This document shows, one piece after another, positions 9,147 through 18,672 of a DNA stretch of 56,325 bases. The notes beneath the pieces are model-generated. The model saw nothing but the letters and a program-made list of their open reading frames with translations. It made no database searches and was not told where the DNA came from. Each line of letters opens with the position of its first letter. The first letter of the stretch is position 1. The position numbers and the translations under genes were made by a program. Source of the stretch: Planctomycetota bacterium (GTDB lineage: Bacteria > Planctomycetota > Phycisphaerae > FEN-1346); assembly GCA_026387035.1 (NCBI GenBank), contig JAPLMM010000004.1:1-56325 (forward strand), in the 5' to 3' direction.

Positions 9147-9779
9147 TTGCTGGCTATGCTCGTCGTGTATTCGATGAATTCGCGGAAGCGAGTAGTGGGT
9201 GTGTGTGACGCAGGGCGGACTTCTGGAAAAGTAAACAGGACCGAAGCGGTGATGAACGAGCACTTCGGCTGGAGGCAGGGCGGCAGGACGGCGTCCGTGT
9301 ACACGCACCTCAGCGGCAAGCAGGTCGACGACCAGATCCTGGCAGTGTTCGGAAAGAAAAGGATCGACCTGGAGACCAATGCGGCGGTCGATGTTGTGCG
9401 TTGTCTGCGGTGCGGACTGGAGAACGTTCCGACCTCGGTTCAGTGCGGGAAGTGCGGGTTCCCGCTGTCGGATGAGGCGGCGAGGAAGCTTCTTCAGAGA
9501 AGGCAGAAGGCGGATGAGATTCTGGATCTGGTGATCAGGGACCCCGGGGTGTTGGAAGCCATTCGCGGAGCACTGGCAGAACGCGGAACCACGAGCAGGG
9601 AGAATAGCGGCGGAAATGGACCACCAGTCGACGCTACTGGCGACGCTTGCAGGTCGCAAGGCTTGCTCAAGGCGAGTGTTGCCTCAGATTCGGGATCTCC
9701 CACTACGGGTTGCAGTAGCCTGCCCTTTGACGGCCCTTGCGAGAAAAGACTGGTGGCGCGGAGGCTCGCGCAAGGTTGA
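9147..9779 (+). pseudogene. Remnant of a second zinc-ribbon tyrosine recombinase (C-terminal part only)
   Basis: GWRQGGRTASVYTHLSGKQVDD (catalytic Tyr box) plus CLRCG...CGKCG zinc ribbon match the architecture of the 7703 gene. The Arg/His boxes are missing. The N-terminal part of the ORF looks like non-coding read-through. Confidence 0.5.
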
Positions 9780-9970
9780 GAACCATTTCTATCCACTCGG
9801 GCTCAGAGCGGCCGGTTTCTTCGCTTTCCTCTTTCGGCTCTTCCTGGGTGGGGATTCGGGCAGCAGCCCTGTCAGCCTGCGGTTTCAAGGGCATGTGTGA
9901 CTGATAGGAATGTGCCTGAAAAGAGTCGCGAGTCTGGCTTGCCGATCAGGCGGTTCTCAACATCGGTTGT

Positions 9971-9994
9971 GCTACGGCCGCAAGCGGCCGCAGC
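9971..9994 (-). terminator. GC-rich hairpin downstream of the T2SS operon
   Basis: gctacggccgc-aa-gcggccgcagc forms an 11-bp stem with one mismatch, 32 nt after the stop of the 10026 gene. There is no clear U-tract. Confidence 0.35.
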
Positions 9995-10025
9995 CCAACC
10001 GTGGTGAAGCCGCTACGCGCGTTTC

Positions 10026-10652
10026 TTACTGACCGGGTCCTGGCTGGTCTGGGTTTACTGCCTTCGGCTGTGGGCTGGGGATCAAGGCCAACTGTTCCCT
10101 GGCCCAGGCGACCCAGTCCGGTCGCGTGTCTTTCAGCACGAGGTCGGAGAGCACTTGGCGGGTCCGGTCGTCCCGGCGTCCGTTGCGGATGAGGGTTCGT
10201 GCCAGGTTCCCGAGGATTTCGGGATTGTCGGGCTCGAGGGCGACGGCCTCGTCGTACCACTTGGCGGCCTCGTCGAGTCGGCCGACGGCCTCGAAGACGA
10301 GGCCGAGGTTGTTTCGCGGTTCGGGCTGGTGCGGCATCAATTTGGCGGCGTACTGGAACTCCCAGGCCGCCAGGTAGAATTTCTGCTGGCGGTAGTACAC
10401 CGTCCCGAGGTTGCTATGGGCGGGTCCGAAGAAGACGTCGGCCGTCAGGGCCTCCTTGAGAACTTTCTCGGCCTCTTCCAGCCGACCGTTGCTGATGAGG
10501 GCGACGGCTTTGTTGTTCTTCTCGCGGGCCCGTTCGGTGTCCCGGCGCGGGTCGGCGGCCACGGTCGCATACTCGCCGACCAGGGCCGCCCTCTGGCAAC
10601 CGGTGATGACCAAGAGCAGAGCCAGAGGCGTCAGCATCCAGGATCGTGGCAT
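10026..10652 (-). CDS. TPR-repeat lipoprotein (last gene of T2SS operon)
   Basis: Lipobox LLVITGC, followed by several TPR-like A/Y/L repeats (AHSNLGTVYYRQQKFYLAAWEFQYAAKLMP...). Confidence 0.8.
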   Translation of the reverse strand: MPRSWMLTPLALLLVITGCQRAALVGEYATVAADPRRDTERAREKNNKAVALISNGRLEEAEKVLKEALTADVFFGPAHSNLGTVYYRQQKFYLAAWEFQYAAKLMPHQPEPRNNLGLVFEAVGRLDEAAKWYDEAVALEPDNPEILGNLARTLIRNGRRDDRTRQVLSDLVLKDTRPDWVAWAREQLALIPSPQPKAVNPDQPGPGQ

Positions 10653-10663
10653 GTCGCGGCTCC

Positions 10664-11173
10664 TTATGGTGTTGTCCGTGCGGGGTCATAGACGAGGTAC
10701 GTGAGGACCACTTCGGCGTCCCACTGACTGCCGGTGTCTTCGCGGTTAGGGGCGGTCAATCGGATCGCCGAGGGGTGCAACGGCTGGTCCGACTGGCTCA
10801 GCGCGTGGAGCATGGCGACGAGGGCCTTCAGCGACACGCGCTTCAGGAAGACCTGTGTGGGTTTTTCCTTGTAGGCGGTGCCCTCGATGCGGCGCTGGGG
10901 CGCGGGGTTGATGCGGATGATCTCCCCCGCGGCGATGCCGGCTGCCTTGGCGGCTTGCTCGATGGGTCCGGCGACCTCGGAGGACCGCCGCTCGCGCTCC
11001 TCGGCGATCGTCTGGCGGCGGCCGAGGTCGGCGATGAGATCGGTCATTTGCCGGCAGGCCGCCAGGTCGTCTCGCGCCTGAATGGCTGCTCGTCGCCGGG
11101 CCGCCACTTGGCCCCAGCACCAGACCGCCGCCACGCCCAGGAGCGCGGCCAGGAGCGCCAGCAAGATGGCCAT
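10664..11173 (-). CDS. GspM-like T2SS assembly protein
   Basis: ATG at 11173 lies just after the upstream stop (11182). It has a single N-terminal TM (MAILLALLAALLGVAAVWCW) and a periplasmic domain of about 140 aa. Its position after the GspL-like gene fits. The upstream part of ORF 10664-11782 is an Arg/Pro-rich shadow. Confidence 0.55.
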   Translation of the reverse strand: MAILLALLAALLGVAAVWCWGQVAARRRAAIQARDDLAACRQMTDLIADLGRRQTIAEERERRSSEVAGPIEQAAKAAGIAAGEIIRINPAPQRRIEGTAYKEKPTQVFLKRVSLKALVAMLHALSQSDQPLHPSAIRLTAPNREDTGSQWDAEVVLTYLVYDPARTTP

Positions 11174-11181
11174 GCGTCGTC

Positions 11182-12561
11182 TCACGGCGTCGTTCCTTCC
11201 CGGCGGGACGTTCCGCCGGGTTGCGCGGGTTGTCGTTCCGGCCTGGGTTCGCCGACGACGGTGAAGGTCACGCCACCCTTGGCGAGGTGCTCGGTGCGGG
11301 GCGGTTCGATGCTGAAGGCGCCCGACCGGCCGAGCGCCTGGGCGACCGCCTCGGCGTCGGTGTGGCTTCGGGTCTCGCCTTCCAGCAGGAGTCCGCCCGA
11401 ATCCATCCGGGCCTCGACGATTCGGACCCGGAGGTCCTTCGGCAGGGCGCTCGCGGCGTCGCGGAGCATGACGAGGGCGCTGGGCCGGTTCGGGAGGGCG
11501 CCGCCCACGCCGCTGACCGCCGCCAGGCGCGCGAGTTCGCTCCTCAGCCGCCTCTCCACTTGGACGGGGACCTGCTGGTTGGGATAGAGGTTCTGGTAGA
11601 TCGCACGCATCTCGCCCTCCAACCGCCGTGCCAGACGATCGTAGCGAAGACTGCGCCAGTAGGACAGGCCTCCGATTGCGGCAATCAGCACGAGGGCCAG
11701 CGCGGCGGCGGTGGCCACGGGCGCAGCCAGGCGCCGCCAGCGGTTCGGGGCTGCCAGGGCGTCCCGCCGGAAGTCCGCCCACGGTTCCCGGCGGCCTTGC
11801 AGGACGGCGACCGCCCCGCGCGCGGCCGTCTCGAGGGCGCTTGGGCCGGCGTCGGTTGCCTGGAGCGCAAGAGTGGTCTCGTGTTCGACCGCCGCTGCGA
11901 TGTCCGGCGGGAGCGACCCGATGACACGTGCCGAGAGTCGTTCACCTTCTGCGGGCCGGGCGAGGAGGTCGGCCTGGAAGAGGCGCACGAGTTCGGGCGC
12001 CTGCGGCGGCGCCGTATACCATGCCGTGGGTCGGCCGTCGCTCATTCGGAAGACGTTCACAGCCTGAGGCCCCGCGACGAGGACGTACTCACAAGGATCC
12101 TGGCGGGGCGCAACGGCCTCCTGGAGGGCAAGGAGGGCCGTCGGGCAGACGGCTCCGACTTCGACCCCCGCGGGCGCGAGGCGGTCCAGGATCGCGCGGA
12201 CGCGGTCGGTTTCGACGGCGGCGGCGAACGCCCGACCGCCGGGCAAGGCGAGGAAGTCCGCCGTCAGCCGTTCCGCCTCGCAGGGGACGAGTTCCTCCAG
12301 GCGATAGACCATGGCGCTTCGGCGGTTGCGTCGCGGCAGGCCGGAGGCGTCGATCTCGGCGGCGAGGACCATCTCGGCCGGCAGGCCGAGACAGATGGCC
12401 TGGCCCTGGTACCCGAGTTCCTTGAGGGACTCGGCGACCGCCTGGCCGACGTTCGCTTCGTCCTCTGTGGCAGCGACCTCGCGCAGGAGGATTTCGTCCT
12501 CCGTGACCCGCAACACGGACCATCCGCCGGATTCCATTGCCACGAAAAAGGCGGGCTTCAC
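11182..12561 (-). CDS. GspL-like (PilM/PilN-like) T2SS inner-membrane protein
   Basis: GTG at 12561 overlaps the upstream TGA (GTGA); an alternative ATG lies at 12537. It has a cytoplasmic domain, one TM (LAAPVATAAALALVLIAAIGGLSYW) and a periplasmic domain. The rest of the 672-aa ORF is shadow. Confidence 0.6.
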   Translation of the reverse strand: MKPAFFVAMESGGWSVLRVTEDEILLREVAATEDEANVGQAVAESLKELGYQGQAICLGLPAEMVLAAEIDASGLPRRNRRSAMVYRLEELVPCEAERLTADFLALPGGRAFAAAVETDRVRAILDRLAPAGVEVGAVCPTALLALQEAVAPRQDPCEYVLVAGPQAVNVFRMSDGRPTAWYTAPPQAPELVRLFQADLLARPAEGERLSARVIGSLPPDIAAAVEHETTLALQATDAGPSALETAARGAVAVLQGRREPWADFRRDALAAPNRWRRLAAPVATAAALALVLIAAIGGLSYWRSLRYDRLARRLEGEMRAIYQNLYPNQQVPVQVERRLRSELARLAAVSGVGGALPNRPSALVMLRDAASALPKDLRVRIVEARMDSGGLLLEGETRSHTDAEAVAQALGRSGAFSIEPPRTEHLAKGGVTFTVVGEPRPERQPAQPGGTSRREGTTP

Positions 12562-13031
12562 CGCGGGGCCTCCTTTTTCTGAACCTCCAGGGCATAGGTC
12601 CTTCCCTGGAACTCGATGGTGGCCGCGCCGACGGCGATGGCCGTCACCTTGACGCCGTCCGCCTCTTGGCCGAGGCCCACCATCTTGACCTTGCCTCCGC
12701 CGGTTTTGAGGAACGCGTAGGTGTACCCCGGTTCGACGGCCGTGCCGACGAGGTCCACCTGCGGGCGTGGGGGCGGCGGCGGATCGGCCTTCGCTGCCGG
12801 CGAAGGGTCGTAGAGCGGACGCCGGAGGTCCCGCTCGAAGATCGCGGCGAAGGCGCTCAGCGGCTCGACTTGACGTGGGGCGAGCGCCTCGCCCCGGAGC
12901 CCCGGGGCGTCCGCCGTCGCCGGACCGAACTCGACGGGCAGGACGCCAAGACCCAACACGGCGGCGACGAGGCCGAGCCCGAGCGTCGCGCTCAAAGTCC
13001 AGAGTAGCCGTCGTTGGGTGCGTTCTCTCAT
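12558..13031 (-). CDS. GspC/PilP-like T2SS protein (TM plus beta HR-like domain)
   Basis: ATGA overlap at 13028-13031. N-terminal TM, then a Pro-rich linker, then C-terminal VDLVGTAVEPGYTYAFLKTGGGKVKMVGLGQEADGVKVTAIAVGAATIEF. Confidence 0.5.
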   Translation of the reverse strand: MRERTQRRLLWTLSATLGLGLVAAVLGLGVLPVEFGPATADAPGLRGEALAPRQVEPLSAFAAIFERDLRRPLYDPSPAAKADPPPPPRPQVDLVGTAVEPGYTYAFLKTGGGKVKMVGLGQEADGVKVTAIAVGAATIEFQGRTYALEVQKKEAPR

Positions 13032-13906
13032 GGTCCCCACGCGAAGGTTCGCACGGAAGCGGCGCTTGCGGCCGCGCCGGTCTCCAGAACCGCCAGCCGG
13101 TATACCCGGCGCGTCTTTGCGACGGCGATGGTCCAGAGGCTGTGGCAGAGCGATCGGTCGGTGACAAGCGGCTCGACCGCCGCGCGCCGTTCTCGCCCAA
13201 GATCTAAGTGATCCAGCATCTGCGTGGCCGTCGCCTCCGGGGTCTTGCGCCGGAAGTCCTCTATCTTGGAAAGGTCTGTTTCCGAAAGGAGGCCCGAGAG
13301 GACCTCGCGGAGGACGGCCACGTCGACCCGCCGGAGGTTCACTTGGCCGGAGCCCCAGCAGGTCACGGAACTGGCGGGTCCGGGATTCTGGGCGTCGGGC
13401 CCGAGGAGGGTTGTCGGCGTCGCCGCGGCGTACAGTTGCTCGAGGCTCGCGTAGCGGACGGGGAAGGTGCCGGCCGCCTCATCGGAGGGCTTGATGGGTC
13501 TCAAGTGGACCTGGAGGACTTCGCGTGCGTGGGCCTGGAGCACCCGGAGGCTCTCGGCGAGTCCCTCTTCGCCCTTGCGGTGGGCGAGGAGGTTGGCGTT
13601 GGCCTTGGCCTGTTCGTCGGCCAGGACGACCTCGAACAGAATAGCGCCGAGGGTGACTTGTGCCCGGAAGATCGCCGTCGGCCCTTCGGCGGACTCCTCG
13701 TCCGGACGCGTGAGAACCTGTTCGGCCAGGGGCAGAAGGAGCGCTTCGAGGCTCAGGGCGCCCCATTTCTGCTGGAGCGTGCGTTCCTCGGCCGACGCCT
13801 GGAGCGCCTCTTCGCCGCACCGCCGCGCGCCGGCGGCCAGGACTGTCCCGGCGATGGCCAGGACCACCAGAACCATCAGCAGCACGAACCCGCGGCGGCG
13901 TTTCAT
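13028..13906 (-). CDS. GspK-like minor pseudopilin
   Basis: MKRRRGFVLLMVLVVLAIAGTVLA is a prepilin-like N-terminus lacking Glu5, as in GspK. About 290 aa. It sits after the GspJ-like gene. Confidence 0.6.
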   Translation of the reverse strand: MKRRRGFVLLMVLVVLAIAGTVLAAGARRCGEEALQASAEERTLQQKWGALSLEALLLPLAEQVLTRPDEESAEGPTAIFRAQVTLGAILFEVVLADEQAKANANLLAHRKGEEGLAESLRVLQAHAREVLQVHLRPIKPSDEAAGTFPVRYASLEQLYAAATPTTLLGPDAQNPGPASSVTCWGSGQVNLRRVDVAVLREVLSGLLSETDLSKIEDFRRKTPEATATQMLDHLDLGRERRAAVEPLVTDRSLCHSLWTIAVAKTRRVYRLAVLETGAAASAASVRTFAWGP

Positions 13907-13911
13907 GGGAT

Positions 13912-14457
13912 TCACCCTCGGATGGCGCGGCTGCGCACGGTCCACTGGACGGGCGGGCGCCCCTCTTCGTCGAACTCCACAGCCATCGTCGCGGCCGCAG
14001 GCAGCGCCTTTCGCTCCCCGGCGGACGGTTTGTCTTCGTCCTTCGCGCGAAGGAGGACGGCCTTGACGCCCCGGCCCACGAGTTCCGTGACCGGCGGATG
14101 CCACTCGGACTCCTGGCTCCGCACGAGCCACTCGCGGTTGCCAACTGTCTGCACCCGGTAGGCGACTTTTCCGGGCACGTGCTCCAGTTCCAGCGTCTTG
14201 GCCTCCAGGCACGCCGAGGTCCAGAGGACGAGCCCTTCGCGGTCTTCCTGGTACGCCTCGGTGTGGGCGACGTCCATCGTCACGAGGTCCCGCAGGCGGG
14301 CCTCGGACCACGAGTCCTCGCGGGTCCGGCGCGTGAGGATCTCCGCCCGCGCCAGGTGCGTCGAGACTCGAAGCGCCGCCACCACCAGGAGGCTCGTGAT
14401 AACCAGGGCCGCCAGGAGTTCAACGAGCGTCAGCGCTTTTTTCGTCCGCGCTTGCAT
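13912..14457 (-). CDS. GspJ-like minor pseudopilin
   Basis: Prepilin-type N-terminus KKALTLVELLAALVITSLLVV. Confidence 0.6.
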   Translation of the reverse strand: MQARTKKALTLVELLAALVITSLLVVAALRVSTHLARAEILTRRTREDSWSEARLRDLVTMDVAHTEAYQEDREGLVLWTSACLEAKTLELEHVPGKVAYRVQTVGNREWLVRSQESEWHPPVTELVGRGVKAVLLRAKDEDKPSAGERKALPAAATMAVEFDEEGRPPVQWTVRSRAIRG

Positions 14458-14842
14458 TCGGAAGCATCACCTCCACCCGTGCTGCAGGTTCGCCCCCAGC
14501 CTGTCCCTCGCGGAAGACCTCGACGGCGATCGTCTCGGCCTCGAGTCCGCCCAGCGTTTCGCGACGGACCGTGCGGGCCCGCCACGTCCAACCCTTGCGG
14601 CCGGGCACCCGTTCCTCGCTCTCGAGGGGCATCTTGTCGCGCTTCGGCCACCACGATTCCAGCAGTTCGTCGGCGACGCGGCATGCCTCCGTCCGCTCGG
14701 CCGCCCGGCGGGCCTGGACCTGCATCCGCGCGCTGGCCAGGAGTACCGCCGCCAGGACCGACCCCAGGATGGCGGTCCCCACGACGGCCTCAACCAGCGT
14801 GAAGCCCCGTCCCCGTTGCCGCCAGCACCGCGCGCACCTCAT
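14420..14842 (-). CDS. GspI-like minor pseudopilin
   Basis: Prepilin-type N-terminus RGRGFTLVEAVVGTAILGSVLA. About 140 aa. Confidence 0.6.
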   Translation of the reverse strand: MRCARCWRQRGRGFTLVEAVVGTAILGSVLAAVLLASARMQVQARRAAERTEACRVADELLESWWPKRDKMPLESEERVPGRKGWTWRARTVRRETLGGLEAETIAVEVFREGQAGGEPAARVEVMLPNASADEKSADAR

Positions 14843-15302
14843 CTAGAGTCTCCGGTTCCAAAGACTCGCCCGTCAGGCCCGCCACGAGAACCCACTGCCG
14901 CCTCCCTGCGGGACCTTCGAGGAGCAGCCCGTAGGTGGGCGTCAAGCCGAGCCGGCTGCAGTGGATCGCCACACAGCCGATCGAGTAATCCTGGCCGCGC
15001 ACCATCAGCCTGGCGACGCGATAGCCGTCCGGCAACTCCAGGGCCGTCCCCAGGTCCTGGCCGCGCGTGTCCGTCCGGCGCAGGCGCCCCTGCGCGAGGT
15101 CCACCTCGATCCGCACGGACCGGTCGTGCTGCCGCGCATAGACGCGCGACAGGTGGTCGAACGCGACGATGGTTTGGGCCAGGTCTTCGAGGCGGGCCCG
15201 CCGGAGCGGCGATTCCAAGCGAAGCGCCACCGCCCCCGCGAGGAGCGCGAGGACGAGAAGCACGACGGCCAGTTCCGTGAGCGTAAAGGCCCTTCGACGC
15301 AT
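14790..15302 (-). CDS. GspH-like minor pseudopilin
   Basis: ATG at 15302 gives MRRRAFTLTELAVVLLVLALLAG. The upstream part of ORF 14790-15542 is shadow. Confidence 0.6.
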   Translation of the reverse strand: MRRRAFTLTELAVVLLVLALLAGAVALRLESPLRRARLEDLAQTIVAFDHLSRVYARQHDRSVRIEVDLAQGRLRRTDTRGQDLGTALELPDGYRVARLMVRGQDYSIGCVAIHCSRLGLTPTYGLLLEGPAGRRQWVLVAGLTGESLEPETLDEVRAVLAATGTGLHAG

Positions 15303-15310
15303 GGTGAAAC

Positions 15311-15736
15311 CTACCCTTTCAAGGCGTCGCTCGTGATATCGGCGTCGATCCCGTCGCCGCCTTCGCGGCCGTCGGCGCCGTACGAGATTACCTCGAACGG
15401 CGCGCTTGCGCCGGGGGAGTTGTACTGGTACGGGCGGCCCCAGGGGTCTTCCAGGCCGCCTTCCAGGAGCGGCTCGGGGAATTTTTCGCCCGCGCTCTTC
15501 AGGACCGCCAGCCCTTCCTCGTTCGTCGGGTAGTGGCCGCACTCGGCGTAGAAGACGTTCAGGGCGTGGACGATGGTGGCGATCTCCTGGCGGGCGGTGC
15601 TCTGGCGGGCCCGCAGAAGATGGTGACGAACGTTGATCGTCACGACGCCGGCCAGGAGGCCGATGATCACGATGACGATCATGAGTTCCACGAGGCTGAA
15701 CCCCCGTGCCCGACGTCGCTTGCGGTTAGAGCACAT
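15311..15736 (-). CDS. gspG: Type II secretion major pseudopilin GspG
   Basis: RGFSLVELMIVIVIIGLLAG...ARQEIATIVHALNVFYAECGHYPTNEEGL...DPWGRPYQY...SYGADG is the classic GspG pattern. Confidence 0.9.
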   Translation of the reverse strand: MCSNRKRRRARGFSLVELMIVIVIIGLLAGVVTINVRHHLLRARQSTARQEIATIVHALNVFYAECGHYPTNEEGLAVLKSAGEKFPEPLLEGGLEDPWGRPYQYNSPGASAPFEVISYGADGREGGDGIDADITSDALKG

Positions 15737-16931
15737 CGCTCACCTCCAGAATGGGCAGGATCGTGGCGAAGGCGACGAAACCGACGACCACGGCCAAGAG
15801 AACGATCAGCAACGGTTCGAGCATGGCCGTCAACCGTTGCGTGGCCGTGGCGACCTGCTGGTCGTACGCCTCCGCGAGTTGCGCGAGCATGTCCTCCAAT
15901 TGACCGGCCTGCTGGCCCACGACGAGCATCTGGATGACCAGGGGGGAGAAGACCCTGGACGCTTCCAGGGGCCCCGCGATGTCGCTGCCGGAGACGATGG
16001 CCAATTCGTAGGTCTCCATCGTCCTTCGGAAGACGGCGCTACGGAGCGTTCTCCCGGTGATCCGCACGGCCTCGTCGAAGTGGACCCCCGCCCGAAGGAG
16101 CGAGGCCATGATGACGGCCATGCGGCTCGTGTTTTCCTTGCGGACGACGTCCCCGACGAGCGGCAGCGCGAGGACCAACCGGTCGAGGGCCAGGCGCCCC
16201 CGCGCCGTGCGGCGCAGGAGTTTCAGGCCCGTGACGGCGAGCGCGGCGGCCAGAAGCAGGGCCCACCACCACCCCAGCAGCAGGTCGCTTGCGTCCTTGA
16301 CGAGGCGCGTCGCCAGGGGCAGCGTCCGGCCCGCCTCCTCGAGCGTCCCGATCAGTTGCGGCACGACGTAAGTCATGAGGAACGTCGCGACCGCCGCGCC
16401 GATGACGCACACGACGGCCGGGTACACGAGCGCCGTCACCAGACGGCTCCGCAGGCGGTGGGCCTTCTCGCGGAACTCCGCCAGCCGCGCAAGGACCGTC
16501 TCGAGCGTCCCCGTGCTCTCGCCGACGCGGACGATGCTTCTCGACAACTCGTCGAAGTACGCCGGCCGCGCGCCCATCGCTTCGGTGAGGCTCGAGCCGG
16601 AGGCGATCCGGTCCCTGAGGCCCTGGAGGACCGTTCGAAACCGGCCGCGGTGCTGGCGGATGAGCGTGTCGACGGCCGCAAGGAGGGGGATCCCCGCACC
16701 CAGGAGGGTCGCCAGTTCCCGGACGAAGGCGTCCACCTCGCTCTGGGCGAGTTGGCCGCGGCGGCGCTCCCAGAGGCCCGGCGCGGCGGGCTCGCCGACC
16801 GCCGCGATCTCCGCCACCGTCAGGCCCCGGCCGCGGAGATCGTCCCGGGCCTGGCGGGGCGTGTCGGCGATCACCGTCCCCGCGACGGTCGAGGCGTCCA
16901 CGTCCACGGCGCTATAGCGGAAGACCGCCAT
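15726..16931 (-). CDS. gspF: Type II secretion platform protein GspF
   Basis: 401 aa with two GspF-type repeats and three TM segments. It sits between the gspE and gspG genes. Confidence 0.9.
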   Translation of the reverse strand: MAVFRYSAVDVDASTVAGTVIADTPRQARDDLRGRGLTVAEIAAVGEPAAPGLWERRRGQLAQSEVDAFVRELATLLGAGIPLLAAVDTLIRQHRGRFRTVLQGLRDRIASGSSLTEAMGARPAYFDELSRSIVRVGESTGTLETVLARLAEFREKAHRLRSRLVTALVYPAVVCVIGAAVATFLMTYVVPQLIGTLEEAGRTLPLATRLVKDASDLLLGWWWALLLAAALAVTGLKLLRRTARGRLALDRLVLALPLVGDVVRKENTSRMAVIMASLLRAGVHFDEAVRITGRTLRSAVFRRTMETYELAIVSGSDIAGPLEASRVFSPLVIQMLVVGQQAGQLEDMLAQLAEAYDQQVATATQRLTAMLEPLLIVLLAVVVGFVAFATILPILEVSDVL

Positions 16932-18623
16932 TTAGAACTCGTCCCTTCCGGTCACGCGGACCACTTCCTCCAGGGTCGTTGCGCCGACGACCGCCTTCGC
17001 CAGGCCGTCGGCCCGGAGCGTGGTCATCCCCTCGGCCAGGGCCGCGGCCTTGATCGAGGACGACTTCGCGTGCCCCAGCACGAGTTCCTGGATCGGTTCG
17101 GTCACCGTGAGGAGTTCGAAGACCCCGACCCGCTCGCGGTACCCGGTCCCGAGACATGCCTCACACCCGCTTCCGTGGTAGAGCCTCTCGGGCAGCTCGC
17201 GCTGGCCCGCGACCCGGCTCCACTCATGGTGCTCCTCTTCCGCGATGTCGTGGGCCGTGCGGCACTGGGTGCAGACGCGCCGGACGAGCCGCTGGGCGAG
17301 AACCGCCAGGAGGCTCGAGGCCATTAGGTACGGTTCCGCCCCGAGGTCCAGCAGGCGCGCGACCGCGCCGGCGGCGTCGTTCGTGTGCAGCGTCGAAAAG
17401 ACGAGGTGCCCCGTGAGTGCCGACTGGATCGCCATCCGGGCCGTTTCGGCGTCGCGGATCTCCCCGACCATGATGATGTCGGGGTCCTGCCGCAGCACGT
17501 GCCGAAGACCGCTCGCGAACGTCATGCCCTTCTTGTCGCTGACCTGGGTCTGACTGATGCCTTCGAGGCGGTACTCGATCGGGTCCTCGAGTGTCAGGAT
17601 GTTGAGTTCCTTCGCGTTGATCTCCTGGAGCGCGGCGTAGAGGGTTGTCGTCTTCCCGCTGCCCGTGGGCCCGGCGACGAGGATGATGCCGTGGTCGGTG
17701 TGGATGAGCCGCCGGAACTCCACGAGGACGTGGGGCGCCATCCCGAGTTCGTCGAGCGTGTAAAGCCGGGCGCTCTTGTCGAGCAGCCGGATGACGACCC
17801 GTTCCCCGAGGTGCGTCGGAAGGGTGGCGATCCGAAGGTCCACGACCCGGTGGCCGACCTCGACCGTCGCCCGACCGTCCTGGGCGAGCCGTTGCTCGGC
17901 GATGTTCATCCCGCCCATGACCTTGATGCGGCTGACGATCTCGGGGTGAAGGGCCCGCGGAGGGTCGAAGACGTCGTAGAGGACGCCGTCCAGGCGGAAC
18001 CGCACGGCCAGGCGGTCCTCCAGCGGCTGGATGTGAACGTCGGAGGCGCGCCGCTTGACCGCCTCGAAGAGGACGAGATTCACAAGTTTGATGACCGGCG
18101 CCCGGCTGGCGACGTCCAGGAGATCCTCGCTCCGGACGGCCTCGTTCACCTCGCGGAGGACTTGGGCTTCGTCCAGTTGCTCGATGACGCGCTGGGCCTG
18201 GCCGGTCTGGAGTTCGTAGGCGGCGCCGATCGCCCGCAGGATCTCCGCCCGGGGCGCCAGGACCGGCACGAGCACGCCGCCCAGCACCTTCCCGAGGACC
18301 TGAACCTGGAGCCACTGCGCCAGGTCCGCGATGGCCGCGAGCGCCACGCCATCCTTCCCCGCCAGGCCCAGCACGCCGTGGCGCCGCGCAAAGGCGATCG
18401 GCACCCTCGCCAGGAACCCCGCGTCGGGCGCCAGACCCGCCAAGCTCTCCAGGTACGGCAGGCCCAGGGCGTCGGCCGTCGCGCCCGCCACGACGTCCCC
18501 GTCAATGCCGGCCAGGCGGGCCCGGCCCGGAGAGTCGAGGGGACCGTTCTGGAGCGCCTCCTCGAACCGGCCGTCGAGGCGGCTCTTCAAGGCCAGAGCG
18601 AACTTTTCGTTCACCGGCGCCAT
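16932..18623 (-). CDS. gspE: Type II secretion ATPase GspE
   Basis: Walker A VAGPTGSGKTTTLYA, Asp/His boxes (LRQDPDIIMVGEIRD, GHLVFSTLHTN) and a tetracysteine CTQC...CEAC. Confidence 0.95.
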   Translation of the reverse strand: MAPVNEKFALALKSRLDGRFEEALQNGPLDSPGRARLAGIDGDVVAGATADALGLPYLESLAGLAPDAGFLARVPIAFARRHGVLGLAGKDGVALAAIADLAQWLQVQVLGKVLGGVLVPVLAPRAEILRAIGAAYELQTGQAQRVIEQLDEAQVLREVNEAVRSEDLLDVASRAPVIKLVNLVLFEAVKRRASDVHIQPLEDRLAVRFRLDGVLYDVFDPPRALHPEIVSRIKVMGGMNIAEQRLAQDGRATVEVGHRVVDLRIATLPTHLGERVVIRLLDKSARLYTLDELGMAPHVLVEFRRLIHTDHGIILVAGPTGSGKTTTLYAALQEINAKELNILTLEDPIEYRLEGISQTQVSDKKGMTFASGLRHVLRQDPDIIMVGEIRDAETARMAIQSALTGHLVFSTLHTNDAAGAVARLLDLGAEPYLMASSLLAVLAQRLVRRVCTQCRTAHDIAEEEHHEWSRVAGQRELPERLYHGSGCEACLGTGYRERVGVFELLTVTEPIQELVLGHAKSSSIKAAALAEGMTTLRADGLAKAVVGATTLEEVVRVTGRDEF

Positions 18624-18672
18624 GTTTCCTCGCTGCTCCTCCTTTCCGACCGCCGCGATTGCCCGCCGGGGG

